DNA of 64,000 nt, from contig CAXHJY010000096.1 in NCBI GenBank assembly GCA_964016885.1, positions 2,852,001-2,916,000 on the forward strand. The letters run 5' to 3'. The stretch comes from Eledone cirrhosa. Its lineage: Eukaryota. A model generated the notes under the pieces. It saw only the letters and a list, made by a program, of their open reading frames with translations, was not told where the DNA came from and did not search any database. Position numbers and translations under genes: made by a program. Positions 41,901 through 56,100 of this stretch are shown here, in pieces; the stretch's first letter is position 1; every line of letters starts with the position of its first letter.

Positions 41901-42760
41901 GTCCAAGGAGAGGTAATTTCTAGCCGTCCAAGGGGAGATAATTTCCAGCCGTCCAAGGGGAGATAATTTCCAGCCGTCCAAGGGGAGATAATTTTTTTTA
42001 AAAAATCAGGCGGAGATAATTTGTAAAAAAAATCAGGGGGAGATAATTTGTAAACAAAATCAGGGGGAGATAATTTGTAAAAAAAAATCAGGGGGAGATA
42101 ATTTGTAAAAAAAATTAGGCGTAGATAATTTGTAAAAAAAATCAGGGGGAGATAATTTGTAAAAAAAAATCAGGGGGAGATAATTTGTTTAAAAAATCAA
42201 GGGGAGATAATTTGCAGCCGTCCAAGGGGAGATAATTTTCAGCCGTCCAAGGAGAGGTAATTTCTAGCCGTTCAAGGGGAGATAATTTCCAGCCGTCCAA
42301 GGGGAGATAATTTCCAGCCGTCCAAGGGGAGATAATTTTTTTTAAAAAATCAGGCGGAGATAATTTGTAAAAAAAAATCAGGGGGAGATAATTCGTAAAA
42401 AAAAATCAGGGGGAGATAATTTGTAAAAAAAAATCAGGGGGAGATAATTTGTAAAAAAAATCAAGGGGAGATAATTTCCAGCCGTCCAAGGGGAGGTAAT
42501 ATCTAGCCGTCCAAGGGGAGATAATTTCCAGCCGTCCAAGGGGAGATAATTTCCAGCCGTCCAAGGGGAGATAATTTCCAGCCGTCCAAGGGGAGATAAT
42601 TTCCAGCCGTCCAAGGAGACATATTTTCCAGCCGTCCAAGGAGAGGTAATTTCTAGCCGTCCAAGGGGAGATAAATTCCAGCCTCCAAGGGGAGATAATT
42701 TCCAGCCAGCCAAGGGGAGATAATTTGTAAAAAAATCAGGGGGAGATAATTTGTAAAAAA
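24760..42760 (+). repeat. ~9.0-kb tandem duplication with junction near 33,720
   Basis: Landmarks 25461/34422 (8961), 27332/36373, 30158/39199 and 30790/39831 (9041), 33336/42378 (9042). Shared private variants: AAATATTCAGG (~30545/39586) and one missing A monomer (~30880/39920). Confidence 0.9.
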
Positions 42761-43422
42761 TATCAGGGAGATAATTTGTAAAAAAAAATCAGGGGGAGAT
42801 AATTTGTAAAAAAAATCAGGGGGAGATAATTTGTAAAAAAAAATCAGGGGGAGATAATTTGTAAAAAAAATCAAGGGGAGATAATTTCCAGCCGTCCAAG
42901 GGGAGATAATTTTCAGCCGTCCAAGGAGAGGTAATTTCTAACCGTCCGAGGAGAGATAATTTCCAGCCGTCCAAGGGGAGATAATTTCCAGCCGTCCAAG
43001 GGGAGATAATTTCCAGCCGTCCAAGGAGACATATTTTCCAGCCGTCCAAGGAGAGGTAATTTCTAGCCGTCCAAGGGGAGATAAATTCCAGCCTCCAAGG
43101 GGAGATAATTTCCAGCCAGCCAAGGGGAGATAATTTGTAAAAAAATCAGGGGGAGATAATTTGCAAAAAAAATCAGGGGGAGATAATTTGTAAAAAAAAT
43201 CAGGGGGAGATAATTTGTAAAAAATAATCAGGGGGAGATAATTTCCAGCCGTCCAAGGGAAGATAATTTCCAGCCCTCCAAGGGGCTATAATTTCCAGTG
43301 TCCAAGGGGAGATAATTTCCAGCCAGCGAAGGGGAGATAATTTTTTTTAAAAAATCATTGGGAGATTTGTAAAAAAAATCAGGGGGAGATAATTTGTAAA
43401 AAAAATCAAGGGGAGATAATTT

Positions 43423-44064
43423 CCAGCCGTCCAAGGGGAGGTAATATCTAGCCGTCCAAGGGTAGATAATTTCCAGCCGTCCAACGGGAGATAATTTCCA
43501 GCCGTCCAAGGGTAGATAATATCCAGCCGCCCAAGGACATATTTTCCAGCCGTCCAAGGAGAGGTAATTTCTAGCCGTCCAAGGGGAGATAATTTCCAGC
43601 CGTCCAAGGGGAGATAATTTCCAGCCGTCCAAGGGGAGATAATTTCCAGCCGTCCAAGGAGACATATTTTCCAGCCGTCCAAGGCGAGGTAATTTCTAGC
43701 CGTCCAAGGGGAGATTAATTCCAGCCTCCAAGGGAAGATAATTTCCAGCCGTCCAAGGGGAGGTAATATCTAGCCGTCCAAGGGTAGATAATTTCCAGCC
43801 GTCCAACGGGAGATAATTTCCAGCCGTCCAAGGGTAGATAATATCCAGCCGCCCAAGGACATATTTTCCAGCCGTCCAAGGAGAGGTAATTTCTAGCCGT
43901 CCAAGGGGAGATAATTTCCAGCCGTCCAAGGGTAGATAATATCCAGCCGTCCAAGGACATATTTTCCAGCCGTCCAAGGAGAGGTAATTTCTAGCCGTCC
44001 AAGGGGAGATAAATTCCAGCCTCCAAGGGGAGATAATTTCCAGCCAGCCAAGGGGAGATAATTT
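43423..44064 (+). repeat. Longest pure type A tract (~26 monomers), a chimera of cassette fragments
   Basis: 642 bp without a B monomer. Contains GTCCAACGGG twice, GACATATTTT-type units four times and the GAGATTAATT variant. Confidence 0.9.
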
Positions 44065-46299
44065 GTAAAAAAATCAGGGGGAGATAATTTGTAAAAAAAA
44101 TCAGGGGGAGATAATTTGTAAAAAAAATCAGGGGGAGATAATTTGTAAAAAAAAATCAGGGTGAGATAATTTGCAAAAAAAATCAGGGGGAGATAATTTG
44201 TAAAAAAAAATCAGGGGTAGATAATTTGTAAAAAAAAATCAGGGGGAGATAATTTGTAAAAAAAAATCAGGGGGAGATAATTTGTAAAAAAAATCAAGGG
44301 GAGATAATTTCCAGCCGTCCAAGGAGAGATAATTTAAAAAAAAATCAGGCGGAGATAATTTGTAAAAAAAAATCAGGGGGAGATAATTTGTAAAAAAAAT
44401 CAGGGGGAGATAATTTGTAAAAAAAAATCAGGGGTAGATAATTTGTAAAAAAAAATCAGGGGGAGATAATTTGTAAAAAAAAATCAGGAGGAGATAATTT
44501 GTAAAAAAAATCAAGGGGAGATAATTTCCAGCCGTCCAAGGAGAGATAATTTAAAAAAAAATCAGGCGGAGATAATTTGTAAAAAAAAATCAGGGGGAGA
44601 TAATTTGTAAAAAAAAATCAGGGGGAGATAATTTGTAAAAAAAATCAAGGGGAGATAATTTCCAGCCGTCCAAGGGGAGATAATTTTCAGCCGTCCAAGG
44701 GGAGATAATTTCCCGCCAGCCAAGGGAAGATAATATTCAAAAAAATCAGGCGGAGATAATTTGTAAAAAAAATCAGGGGGAGATAATTTGTAAAAAAATC
44801 AGGGGGAGATAATTTGTAAAAAAAAAAATCAGGGGGAGATAATTTGTAAAAAAAATCAGGGGGAGATAATTTGTAAAAAAAATCAGGGGTAGATAATTTG
44901 TAAAAAAAAATCAGGGGGAGATAATTTGTAAAAAAAAATCAGGGGGGGATAATTTGTAAAAAAAATGAAAGGGGAGATAATATCCAGCCGTCCAAGGGGA
45001 GATAATTTCCAGCCGTCCAAGGGGAGATAATTTCCAGCCGTCCAAGGGGAGATAATTTCCATCCTTCCAAGGGGATATAATTTCCAGCCGTCCAAGGGGA
45101 GATAATTTCCATCCTTCCAAGGGGATATAATTTCCAGCCGTCCAAGGGGAGATAATTTTCAGCCGTCCAAGGAGAGGTAATTTCTAGCCGTCCAAGGAGA
45201 GATAATTTCCAGCCGTCCAAGGGGAGATAATTTCCAGCCGTCCAAGGGGAGATAATTTCCAGCCGTCCAAGGAGACATATTTTCCAGCCGTCCAAGGAGA
45301 GGTAATTCCTAGCCGTCCAAGGGGAGATAAATTCCAGCCTCCAAGGGGAGATAATTTCCAGCCAGCCAAGGGGAGATAATTTGTAAAAAAAATCAGGGGG
45401 AGATAATTTGTAAAAAAAATCAGGGGGAGATAATTTGTAAAAAAAAATCAGGGGTAGATAATTTGTAAAAAATAATCAGGGGGAGATAATTTGTAAAAAA
45501 AATCAAGGGGAGATAATTTCCAGCCGTCCAAGGGGAGATAATTTTCAGCCGTCCAAGGGGAGATAATTTCCCGCCAGCCAAGGGAAGATAATATTTAAAA
45601 AAATTAGGCGGAGATAATTTGTAAAAAAAATCAGGGGGAGATAATTTGTAAAAAAATCAGGGGGAGATAATTTGTAAAAAAAATCAGGGGGAGATAATTT
45701 GTAAAAAAAAATCAGGGGGAGATAATTTGTAAAAAAAATCAAGGGGAGATAATTTCCAGCCGTCCAAGGGAAGATAATTTCCAGCCCTCCAAGGGGCTAT
45801 AATTTCCAGCGTCCAAGGGGAGATAATTTCCAGCCAGCGAAGGGGAGATAATTTTTTTTAAAAAATCATTGGGAGATTTGTAAAAAAAATCAGGGGGAGA
45901 TAATTTGTAAAAAAAATCAAGGGGAGATAATTTCCAGCCGTCCAAGGGGAGGTAATATCTAGCCGTCCAAGGGGAGATAATTTCCAGCCGTCCAAGGGGA
46001 GATAATTTCCAGCCGTCCAAGGGTAGATAATATCCAGCCGTCCAAGGACATATTTTCCAGCCGTCCAAGGAGAGGTAATTTCTAGCCGTCCAAGGGGAGA
46101 TAAATTCCAGCCTCCAAGGTGAGATAATTTCCAGCCAGCCAAGGGGAGATAATTTGTAAAAAAATCAGCGGGAGATAATTTGTAAAAAAAATCAGGGGGA
46201 GATAATTTGTAAAAAAAAATCAGGGGGAGATAATCTGTAAAAAAAAATCAGGGGGAGATAATTTGTAAAAAAAAATCAGGGGGAGATAATTTGTAAAAA

Positions 46300-49200
46300 A
46301 ATCAAGGGGAGATAATTTCCAGCCGTCCAAGGGGAGATAATTTTCAGCCGTCCAAGGGGAGATAATTTCCCGCCAGCCAAGGGAAGATAATATTTGAAAA
46401 AATCAGGCGGAGATAATTTGTAAAAAAAATCAGGGGGAGATAATTTGTAAAAAAATCAGGGGGAGATAATTTGTAAAAAAAAAATCAGGGGGAGATAATT
46501 TGTAAAAAGAATCAGGGGGAGATAATTTGTAAAAAAAAATCAGGGGTAGATAAATTGTAAAAAAAAATCAGGGGGAGATAATTTGTAAAAAAAATCAGGG
46601 GGAGATAATTTGTAAAAAAAATGAAAGGGGAGATAATATCCAGCCGTCCAAGGGGAGATAATTTCCAGCCGTCCAAGGGGAGATAATTTCCAGCCGTCCA
46701 AGGGGAGATAATTTCCATCCTTCCAAGGGGATATAATTTCCAGCCGTCCAAGGGGAGATAATTTCCCGCCAGCCAAGGGAAGATAATTTTAAAAAAAATC
46801 AGGCGGAGATTGTAAAAAAAATCAGGGGGGAGATAATTTGTAAAAAAATCAGGGGGAGATAATTTGTAAAAAAAAATCAGGGGGAGATAATTTGTAAAAA
46901 ATAATCAGGGGGAGATAATTTGTAAAAAAAAATCAAGGGGAGATAATTTCCAGCCGTCCAAGGGGAGATAATTTCCCGCCAGCCAAGGGAAGATAATATT
47001 TAAAAAAATTAGGCGGAGATAATTTGTAAAAAAAATCAGGGGGAGATAATTTGTAAAAAAATCAGGGGGAGATAATTTGTAAAAAAAATCAGGGGGAGAT
47101 AATTTGTAAAAAAATTCATGGGGAGATAATTTGTAAAAAAAAATCAGGGGTAGATAATTTGTAAAAAAAAATCAGGGGGAGATAATTTGTAAAAAAAAAT
47201 CAGGGGGAGATAATTTGTAAAAAAAATCAAGGGGAGATAATTTCCAGCCGTCCAAGGGGAGATAATTTTCAGCCGTCCAAGGAGAGGTAATTTCTAGCCG
47301 TCCAAGGGGAGATAATTTCCAGCCGTCCAAGGGGAGGTAATTTCCAGCCGTCCAAGGGGAGATAATTTTAAAAAAAAAATCAGGCGGAGATAATTTGTAA
47401 AAAAAATCAAGGGGAGATAATTTGCAGCCGTCCAAGGGGAGATAATTTTCAGTCGTCCAAGGAGAGGTAATTTCTAGCCGTCCAAGGGGAGATAATTGCC
47501 AGCCGTCCAAGGGGAGATAATTTCCAGCCGTCCAAGGGGAGATAATTTTTTTTAAAAAATCAGGCGGAGATAATTTGTAAAAAAAATCAGGGGGAGATAA
47601 TTTGTAAACAAAATCAGGGGGAGATAATTTGTAAAAAAAAATCAGGGGGAGATAATTTGTAAAAAAAATCATGGAGAGATAATTTCCAGCCGTCCAAGGT
47701 GAGATAATTTCCAGCCGTCCAAGGAGACATATTTTCCAGCCGTCCAAGGCGAGGTAATTTCTAGCCGTCCAAGGGGAGATAAATTCCAGCCTCCAAGGGG
47801 AGATAATTTCCAGCCAGCCAAGTGGAGATAATTTGTAAAAAAATCAGGGGGAGATAATTTGTAAAAAATATCAGGGAGATAATTTGTAAAAAAAAATCAG
47901 GGGGAGATAATTTGTAAAAAAAATCAGGGGGAGATAATTTGTAAAAAAAAATCAGGGGGAGATAATTTGTAAAAAAAATCAAGGGGAGATAATTTCCAGC
48001 CGTCCAAGGGGAGATAATTTTCAGCCGTCCAAGGGGAGATAATTTCCCGCCAGCCAAGGGAAGATAATATTTAAAAAAATCAGGCGGAGATAATTTGTAA
48101 AAAAAATCAGGGGGAGATAATTTGTAAAAAAATCAGGGGGAGATAATTTGTAAAAAAAAAATCAGGGGGAGATAATTTGTAAAAAAAATCAGGGGGAGAT
48201 AATTTGTAAAAAAAATCAAGGGGAGATAATTTCCAGCCGTCCAAGGGGAGATAATTTTCAGCCGTCCAAGGGGAGATAATTTGTAAAAAAAATCAAGGGG
48301 AGATAATTTCCAGCCGTCCAAGGGGAGATAATTTCCCGCCAGCCAAGGGAAGATAATATTTAAAAAAATCAGGCGGAGATAATTTGTAAAAAAAATCAGG
48401 GGAAGATAATTTGTAAAAAAATCAGGGGGAGATAATTTGTAAAAAAAAAATCAGGGGGAGATAATTTGTAAAAAAAATCAGGGGGAGATAATTTGTAAAA
48501 AAAAATCAGGGGTAGATAAATTGTAAAAAAAAATCAGGGGGAGATAATTTGTAAAAAAAATCAGGGGGAGATAATTTGTAAAAAAAATGAAAGGGGAGAT
48601 AATATCCAGCCGTCCAAGGGGAGATAATTTCCAGCCGTCCAAGGGGAGATAATTTCCAGCCGTCCAAGGGGAGATAATTTCCATCCTTCCAAGGGGATAT
48701 AATTTCCAGCCGTCCAAGGGGAGATAATTTCCCGCCAGCCAAGGGAAGATAATTTTTAAAAAAATCAGGCGGAGATTGTAAAAAAAATCAGGGGGGAGAT
48801 AATTTGTAAAAAAATCAGGGGGAGATAATTTGTAAAAAAAAATCAGGGGGAGATAATTTGTAAAAAATAATCAGGGGGAGATAATTTGTAAAAAAAAATC
48901 AAGGGGAGATAATTTCCAGCCGTCCAAGGGGAGATAATTTCCCGCCAGCCAAGGGAAGATAATATTTAAAAAAATTAGGCGGAGATAATTTGTAAAAAAA
49001 ATCAGGGGGAGATAATTTGTAAAAAAATCAGGGGGAGATAATTTGTAAAAAAAATCAGGGGGAGATAATTTGTAAAAAAAATCATGGGGAGATAATTTGT
49101 AAAAAAAAATCAGGGGTAGATAATTTGTAAAAAAAAATCAGGGGGAGATAATTTGTAAAAAAAAATCAGGGGGAGATAATTTGTAAAAAAAATCAAGGGG

Positions 49201-50170
49201 AGATAATTTCCAGCCGTCCAAGGGGAGATAATTTTCAGCTGTCCAAGGAGAGGTAATTTCTAGCCGTCCAAGGGGAGATAATTTCCAGCCGTCCAAGGGG
49301 AGGTAATTTCCAGCCGTCCAAGGGGAGATAATTTTAAAAAAAAAATCAGGCGGAGATAATTTGTAAAAAAAATCAAGGGGAGATAATTTGCAGCCGTCCA
49401 AGGGGAGATAATTTTCAGTCGTCCAAGGAGAGGTAATTTCTAGCCGTCCAAGGGGAGATAATTGCCAGCCGTCCAAGGGGAGATAATTTCCAGCCGTCCA
49501 AGGGGAGATAATTTTTTTTAAAAAATCAGGCGGAGATAATTTGTAAAAAAAATCAGGGGGAGATAATTTGTAAACAAAATCAGGGGGAGATAATTTGTAA
49601 AAAAAAATCAGGGGGAGATAATTTGTAAAAAAAATCATGGAGAGATAATTTCCAGCCGTCCAAGGTGAGATAATTTCCAGCCGTCCAAGGAGACATATTT
49701 TCCAGCCGTCCAAGGCGAGGTAATTTCTAGCCGTCCAAGGGGAGATAAATTCCAGCCTCCAAGGGGAGATAATTTCCAGCCAGCCAAGTGGAGATAATTT
49801 GTAAAAAAATCAGGGGGAGATAATTTGTAAAAAATATCAGGGAGATAATTTGTAAAAAAAAATCAGGGGGAGATAATTTGTAAAAAAAATCAGGGGGAGA
49901 TAATTTGTAAAAAAAAATCAGGGGGAGATAATTTGTAAAAAAAATCAAGGGGAGATAATTTCCAGCCGTCCAAGGGGAGATAATTTTCAGCCGTCCAAGG
50001 GGAGATAATTTCCCGCCAGCCATGGGAAGATAATATTTAAAAAAATCAGGCGGAGATAATTTGTAAAAAAAATCAGGGGGAGATAATTTGTAAAAAAATC
50101 AGGGGGAGATAATTTGTAAAAAAAAAATCAGGGGGAGATAATTTGTAAAAAAAATCAGGGGGAGATAATT
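46300..50170 (+). repeat. 1,966-bp tandem repeat of two non-identical copies
   Basis: Landmarks 46512/48478, 47172/49138 and 47761/49727 are all offset by 1966. An irregular junction lies at ~48200-48310. Confidence 0.88.
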
Positions 50171-53100
50171 TGTAAAAAAAAATCAGGGGTAGATAATTTG
50201 TAAAAAAAAATCAGGGGGAGATAATTTGTAAAAAAAAATCAGGGGGAGATAATTTGTAAAAAAATGAAAGGGGAGATAATATCCAGCCGTCCAAGGGGAG
50301 ATAATTTCCAGCCGTCCAAGGGGATATAATTTCCAGCCGTCCAAGGGGAGATAATTTCCATCCTTCCAAGGGGATATAATTTCCAGCCGTCCAAGGGGAG
50401 ATAATTTCCCGCCAGCCAAGGGAAGATAATTTTTAAAAAAATCAGGCGGAGATTGTAAAAAAAATCAGGGGGGAGATAATTTGTAAAAAAATCAGGAGGA
50501 GATAATTTGTAAAAAATAATCAGGGGGAGATAATTTGTAAAAAAATTCAAGGGGAGATAATTTCCAGCCGTCCAAGGGGAGATAATTTCCCGCCAGCCAA
50601 GGGAAGATAATATTTAAAAAAATTAGGCGGAGATAATTTGTAAAAAAAATCAGGGGGAGATAATTTGTAAAAAAATCAGGGGGAGATAATTTGTAAAAAA
50701 AATCAGGAGGAGATAATTTGTAAAAAAAATCATGGGGAGATAATTTGTAAAAAAAAATCAGGGGTAGATAATTTGTAAAAAAAAATCAGGGGGAGATAAT
50801 TTGTAAAAAAAAATCAGGGGGAGATAATTTGTAAAAAAAATCAAGGGGAGATAATATCCAGCCGTCCAAGGAGAGATAATTTTAAAAAAAAATGAGGCGG
50901 AGATAATTTGTAAAAAAAATCAGGGGGAGATAATTTGTAAAAAAATCAGGGGGAGATAATTTGTAAAAAAAATCAGGGGGAGATAATTTGTAAAAAAAAT
51001 CATGGGGAGATAATTTGTAAAAAAAAATCAGGGGTAGATAATTTGTAAAAAAAAATCAGGGGGAGATAATTTGTAAAAAAAAATGAGGGGGAGATAATTT
51101 GTAAAAAAAATCAAGGGGAGATAATTTCCAGCCGTCCAAGGGGAGATAATTTTCAGCCGTCCAAGGAGAGGTAATTTCTAGCCGTCCAAGGGGAGATAAT
51201 TTCCAGCCGTCCAAGGGGAGGTAATTTCCAGCCGTCCAAGGGGAGATAAATTAAAAAAAAAATCAGGCGGAGATAATTTGTAAAAAAAATCAAGGGGAGA
51301 TAATTTGCAGCCGTCCAATGGGAGATAATTTTTAGTCGTCCAAGGAGAGGTAATTTCTAGCCGTCAAAGGGGAGATAATTTCCAGCCGTCCAAGGGGAGA
51401 TAATTTCCAGCCGTCCAAGGGGAGATAATTTTTTTTTAAAAATCAGGCGGAGATAATTTGTAAAAAAAATCAGGGGGAGATAATTTGTAAACAAAATCAG
51501 GGGGAGATAATTTGTAAAAAAAAATCAGGGGGAGATAATTTGTAAAAAAAATTAGGCGTAGATAATTTGTAAAAAAAAATCAGGGGGAGATAATTTGTAA
51601 AAAAAAATCAGGGGGAGATAATTTGTTTAAAAAATCAAGGGGAGATAATTTGCAGCCGTCCAAGGGGAGATAATTTTCAGCCGTCCAAGGAGAGGTAATT
51701 TCTAGCCGTTCAAGGGGAGATAATTTCCAGCCGTCCAAGGGGAGATAATTTCCAGCCGTCCAAGGGGAGATAATTTTTTTTTAAAAATCAGGCGGAGATA
51801 ATTTGTAAAAAAAAATCAGGGGGAGATAATTCGTAAAAAAAAATCAGGGGGAGATAATTTGTAAAAAAAAATCAGGGGGAGATAATTTGTAAAAAAAATC
51901 AAGGGGAGATAATTTCCAGCCGTCCAAGGGAAGATAATTTCCAGCCCTCCAAGGGGCTATAATTTCCAGCGTCCAAGGGGAGATAATTTCCAGCCAGCGA
52001 AGGGGAGATAATTTTTTAAAAAAAATCATTGGGAGATTTGTAAAAAAAATCAGGGGGAGATAATTTGTAAAAAAAATCAAGGGGAGATAATTTCCAGCCG
52101 TCCAAGGGGAGGTAATATCTAGCCGTCCAAGGGTAGATAATTTCCAGCCGTCCAACGGGAGATAATTTCCAGCCGTCCAAGGGTAGATAATATCCAGCCG
52201 CCCAAGGACATATTTTCCAGCCGTCCAAGGAGAGGTAATTTCTAGCCGTCCAAGGGGAGATAATTTCCAGCCGTCCAAGGGTAGATAATATCCAGCCGTC
52301 CAAGGACATATTTTCCAGCCGTCCAAGGAGAGGTAATTTCTAGCCGTCCAAGGGGAGATAAATTCCAGCCTCCAAGGGGAGATAATTTCCAGCCAGCCAA
52401 GGGGAGATAATTTGTAAAAAAATCAGGGGGAGATAATTTGTAAAAAAAATCAGGGGGAGATAATTTGTAAAAAAAAATCAGGGGGAGATAATTTGTAAAA
52501 AAAAATCAGGGGGAGATAATTTGCAAAAAAAATCAGGGGGAGATAATTTGTAAAAAAAAATCAGGGGGAGATAATTTGTAAAAAAAATCAAGGGGAGATA
52601 ATTTCCAGCCGTCCAAGGAGAGATAATTTAAAAAAAAATCAGGCGGAGATAATTTGTAAAAAAAAATCAGGGGGAGATAATTTGTAAAAAAAATCAGGGG
52701 GAGATAATTTGTAAAAAAAAATCAGGGGTAGATAATTTGTAAAAAAAAATCAGGGGGAGATAATTTGTAAAAAAAAATCAGGAGGAGATAATTTGTAAAA
52801 AAAATCAAGGGGAGATAATTTCCAGCCGTCCAAGGAGAGATAATTTTAAAAAAAATCAGGCGGAGATAATTTGTAAAAAAAAATCAGGGGGAGATAATTT
52901 GTAAAAAAAAATCAGGGGGAGATAATTTGTAAAAAAAATCAAGGGGAGATAATTTCCAGCCGTCCAAGGGGAGATAATTTTCAGCCGTCCAAGGGGAGAT
53001 AATTTCCAGCCAGCGAAGGGGAGATAATTTTTTTTAAAAAATCATTGGGAGATTTGTAAAAAAAATCAGGGGGAGATAATTTGTAAAAAAAATCAAGGGG

Positions 53101-56100
53101 AGATAATTTCCAGCCGTCCAAGGGGAGGTAATATCTAGCCGTCCAAGGGGAGATAATTTCCAGCCGTCCAAGGGGAGATAATTTCCAGCCGTCCCAGGGT
53201 AGATAATATCCAGCCGCCCAAGGACATATTTTCCAGCCGTCCAAGGAGAGGTAATTTCTAGCCGTCCAAGGGGAGATAAATTCCAGCCTCCAAGGGGAGA
53301 TAATTTCCAGCCAGCCAAGGGGAGATAATTTGTAAAAAAATCAGGGGGAGATAATTTGTAAAAAAAATCAGGGGGAGATAATTTGTAAAAAAAAATCAGG
53401 GGGAGATAATTTGTAAAAAAAAATCAGGGGGAGATAATTTGCAAAAAAAATCAGGGGGAGATAATTTGTAAAAAAAAATCAGGGGTAGATAATTTGTAAA
53501 AAAAAATCAGGGGGAGATAATTTGTAAAAAAAAATCAGGGGGAGATAATTTGTAAAAAAAATCAAGGGGAGATAATTTCCAGCCGTCCAAGGAGAGATAA
53601 TTTTAAAAAAAATCAGGCGGAGATAATTTGTAAAAAAAAATCAGGGGGAGATAATTTGTAAAAAAAATCAGGGGGAGATAATTTGTAAAAAAAAATCAGG
53701 GGTAGATAATTTGTAAAAAAAAATCAGGGGGAGATAATTTGTAAAAAAAAATCAGGGGGAGATAATTTGTAAAAAAAATCAAGGGGAGATAATTTCCAGC
53801 CGTCCAAGGAGAGATAATTTTAAAAAAAATCAGGCGGAGATAATTTGTAAAAAAAAATTAGGGGGAGATAATTTGTAAAAAAAAATCAGGGGGAGATAAT
53901 TTGTAAAAAAAATCAAGGGGAGATAATTTCCAGCCGTCCAAGGGGAGATAATTTTCAGCCGTCCAAGGGGAGATAATTTCCCGCCAGCCAAGGGAAGATA
54001 ATATTCAAAAAAATCAGGCGGAGATAATTTGTAAAAAAAATCAGGGGGAGATAATTTGTAAAAAAATCAGGGGGAGATAATTTGTAAAAAAAAAAATCAG
54101 GGGGAGATAATTTGTAAAAAAAATCAGGGGGAGATAATTTGTAAAAAAAAATCAGGGGTAGATAATTTGTAAAAAAAAATCAGGGGGAGATAATTTGTAA
54201 AAAAAAATCAGGGGGAGATAATTTGTAAAAAAAATGAAAGGGGAGATAATATCCAGCCGTCCAAGGGCTGATAATTTCCAGCCGTCCAAGGGGAGATAAT
54301 TTCCAGCCCTCCAAGGGGAGATAATTTCCATCCTTCCAAGGGGATATAATTTCCAGCCGTCCAAGGGGAGATAATTTCCATCCTTCCAAGGGGATATAAT
54401 TTCCAGCCGTCCAAGGGGAGATAATTTTCAGCCGTCCAAGGAGAGGTAATTTCTAGCCGTCCAAGGAGAGATAATTTCCAGCCGTCCAAGGGGAGATAAT
54501 TTCCAGCCGTCCAAGGGGAGATAATTTCCAGCCGTCCAAGGAGACATATTTTCCAGCCGTCCAAGGAGAGGTAATTCCTAGCCGTCCAAGGGGAGATAAA
54601 TTCCAGCCTCCAAGGGGAGATAATTTCCAGCCAGCCAAGGGGAGATAATTTGTAAAAAAAATCAGGGGGAGATAATTTGTAAAAAAAATCAGGGGGAGAT
54701 AATTTGTAAAAAAAAATCAGGGGGAGATAATTTGTAAAAAATAATCAGGGGGAGATAATTTGTAAAAAAAATCAAGGGGAGATAATTTCCAGCCGTCCAA
54801 GGGGAGATAATTTTCAGCCGTCCAAGGGGAGATAATTTCCCGCCAGCCAAGGGAAGATAATATTTAAAAAAATCAGGCGGAGATAATTTGTAAAAAAAAT
54901 CAGGGGGAGATAATTTGTAAAAAAATCAGGGGGAGATAATTTGTAAAAAAAATCAGGGGGAGATAATTTGTAAAAAAAATCAGGGGGAGATAATTTGTAA
55001 AAAAAAATCAGGGGGAGATAATTTGTAAAAAAAATCAAGGGGAGATAATTTCCAGCCGTCCAAGGGAAGATAATTTCCAGCCCTCCAAGGGGCTATAATT
55101 TCCAGCGTCCAAGGGGAGATAATTTCCAGCCAGCGAAGGGGAGATAATTTTTTTTAAAAAATCATTGGGAGATTTGTAAAAAAAATCAGGGGGAGATAAT
55201 TTGTAAAAAAAATCAAGGGGAGATAATTTCCAGCCGTCCAAGGGGAGGTAATATCTAGCCGTCCAAGGGGAGATAATTTCCAGCCGTCCAAGGGGAGATA
55301 ATTTCCAGCCGTCCAAGGGTAGATAATATCCAGCCGTCCAAGGACATATTTTCCAGCCGTCCAAGGAGAGGTAATTTCTAGCCGTCCAAGGGGAGATAAA
55401 TTCCAGCCTCCAAGGTGAGATAATTTCCAGCCAGCCAAGGGGAGATAATTTGTAAAAAAATCAGGGGGAGATAATTTGTAAAAAAAATCAGGGGGAGATA
55501 ATTTGTAAAAAAAAATCAGGGGGAGATAATTTGTAAAAAAAAATCAGGGGGAGATAATTTGTAAAAAAAAATCAGGGTGAGATAATTTGCAAAAAAAATC
55601 AGGGGGAGATAATTTGTAAAAAAAAATCAGGGGTAGATAATTTGTAAAAAAAAATCAGGGGGAGATAATTTGTAAAAAAAAATCAGGGGGAGATAATTTG
55701 TAAAAAAAATCAAGGGGAGATAATTTCCAGCCGTCCAAGGAGAGATAATTTAAAAAAAAATCAGGCGGAGATAATTTGTAAAAAAAAATCAGGGGGAGAT
55801 AATTTGTAAAAAAAATCAGGGGGAGATAATTTGTAAAAAAAAATCAGGGGTAGATAATTTGTAAAAAAAAATCAGGGGGAGATAATTTGTAAAAAAAAAT
55901 CAGGAGGAGATAATTTGTAAAAAAAATCAAGGGGAGATAATTTCCAGCCGTCCAAGGAGAGATAATTTAAAAAAAAATCAGGCGGAGATAATTTGTAAAA
56001 AAAAATCAGGGGGAGATAATTTGTAAAAAAAAATCAGGGGGAGATAATTTGTAAAAAAAATCAAGGGGAGATAATTTCCAGCCGTCCAAGGGGAGATAAT

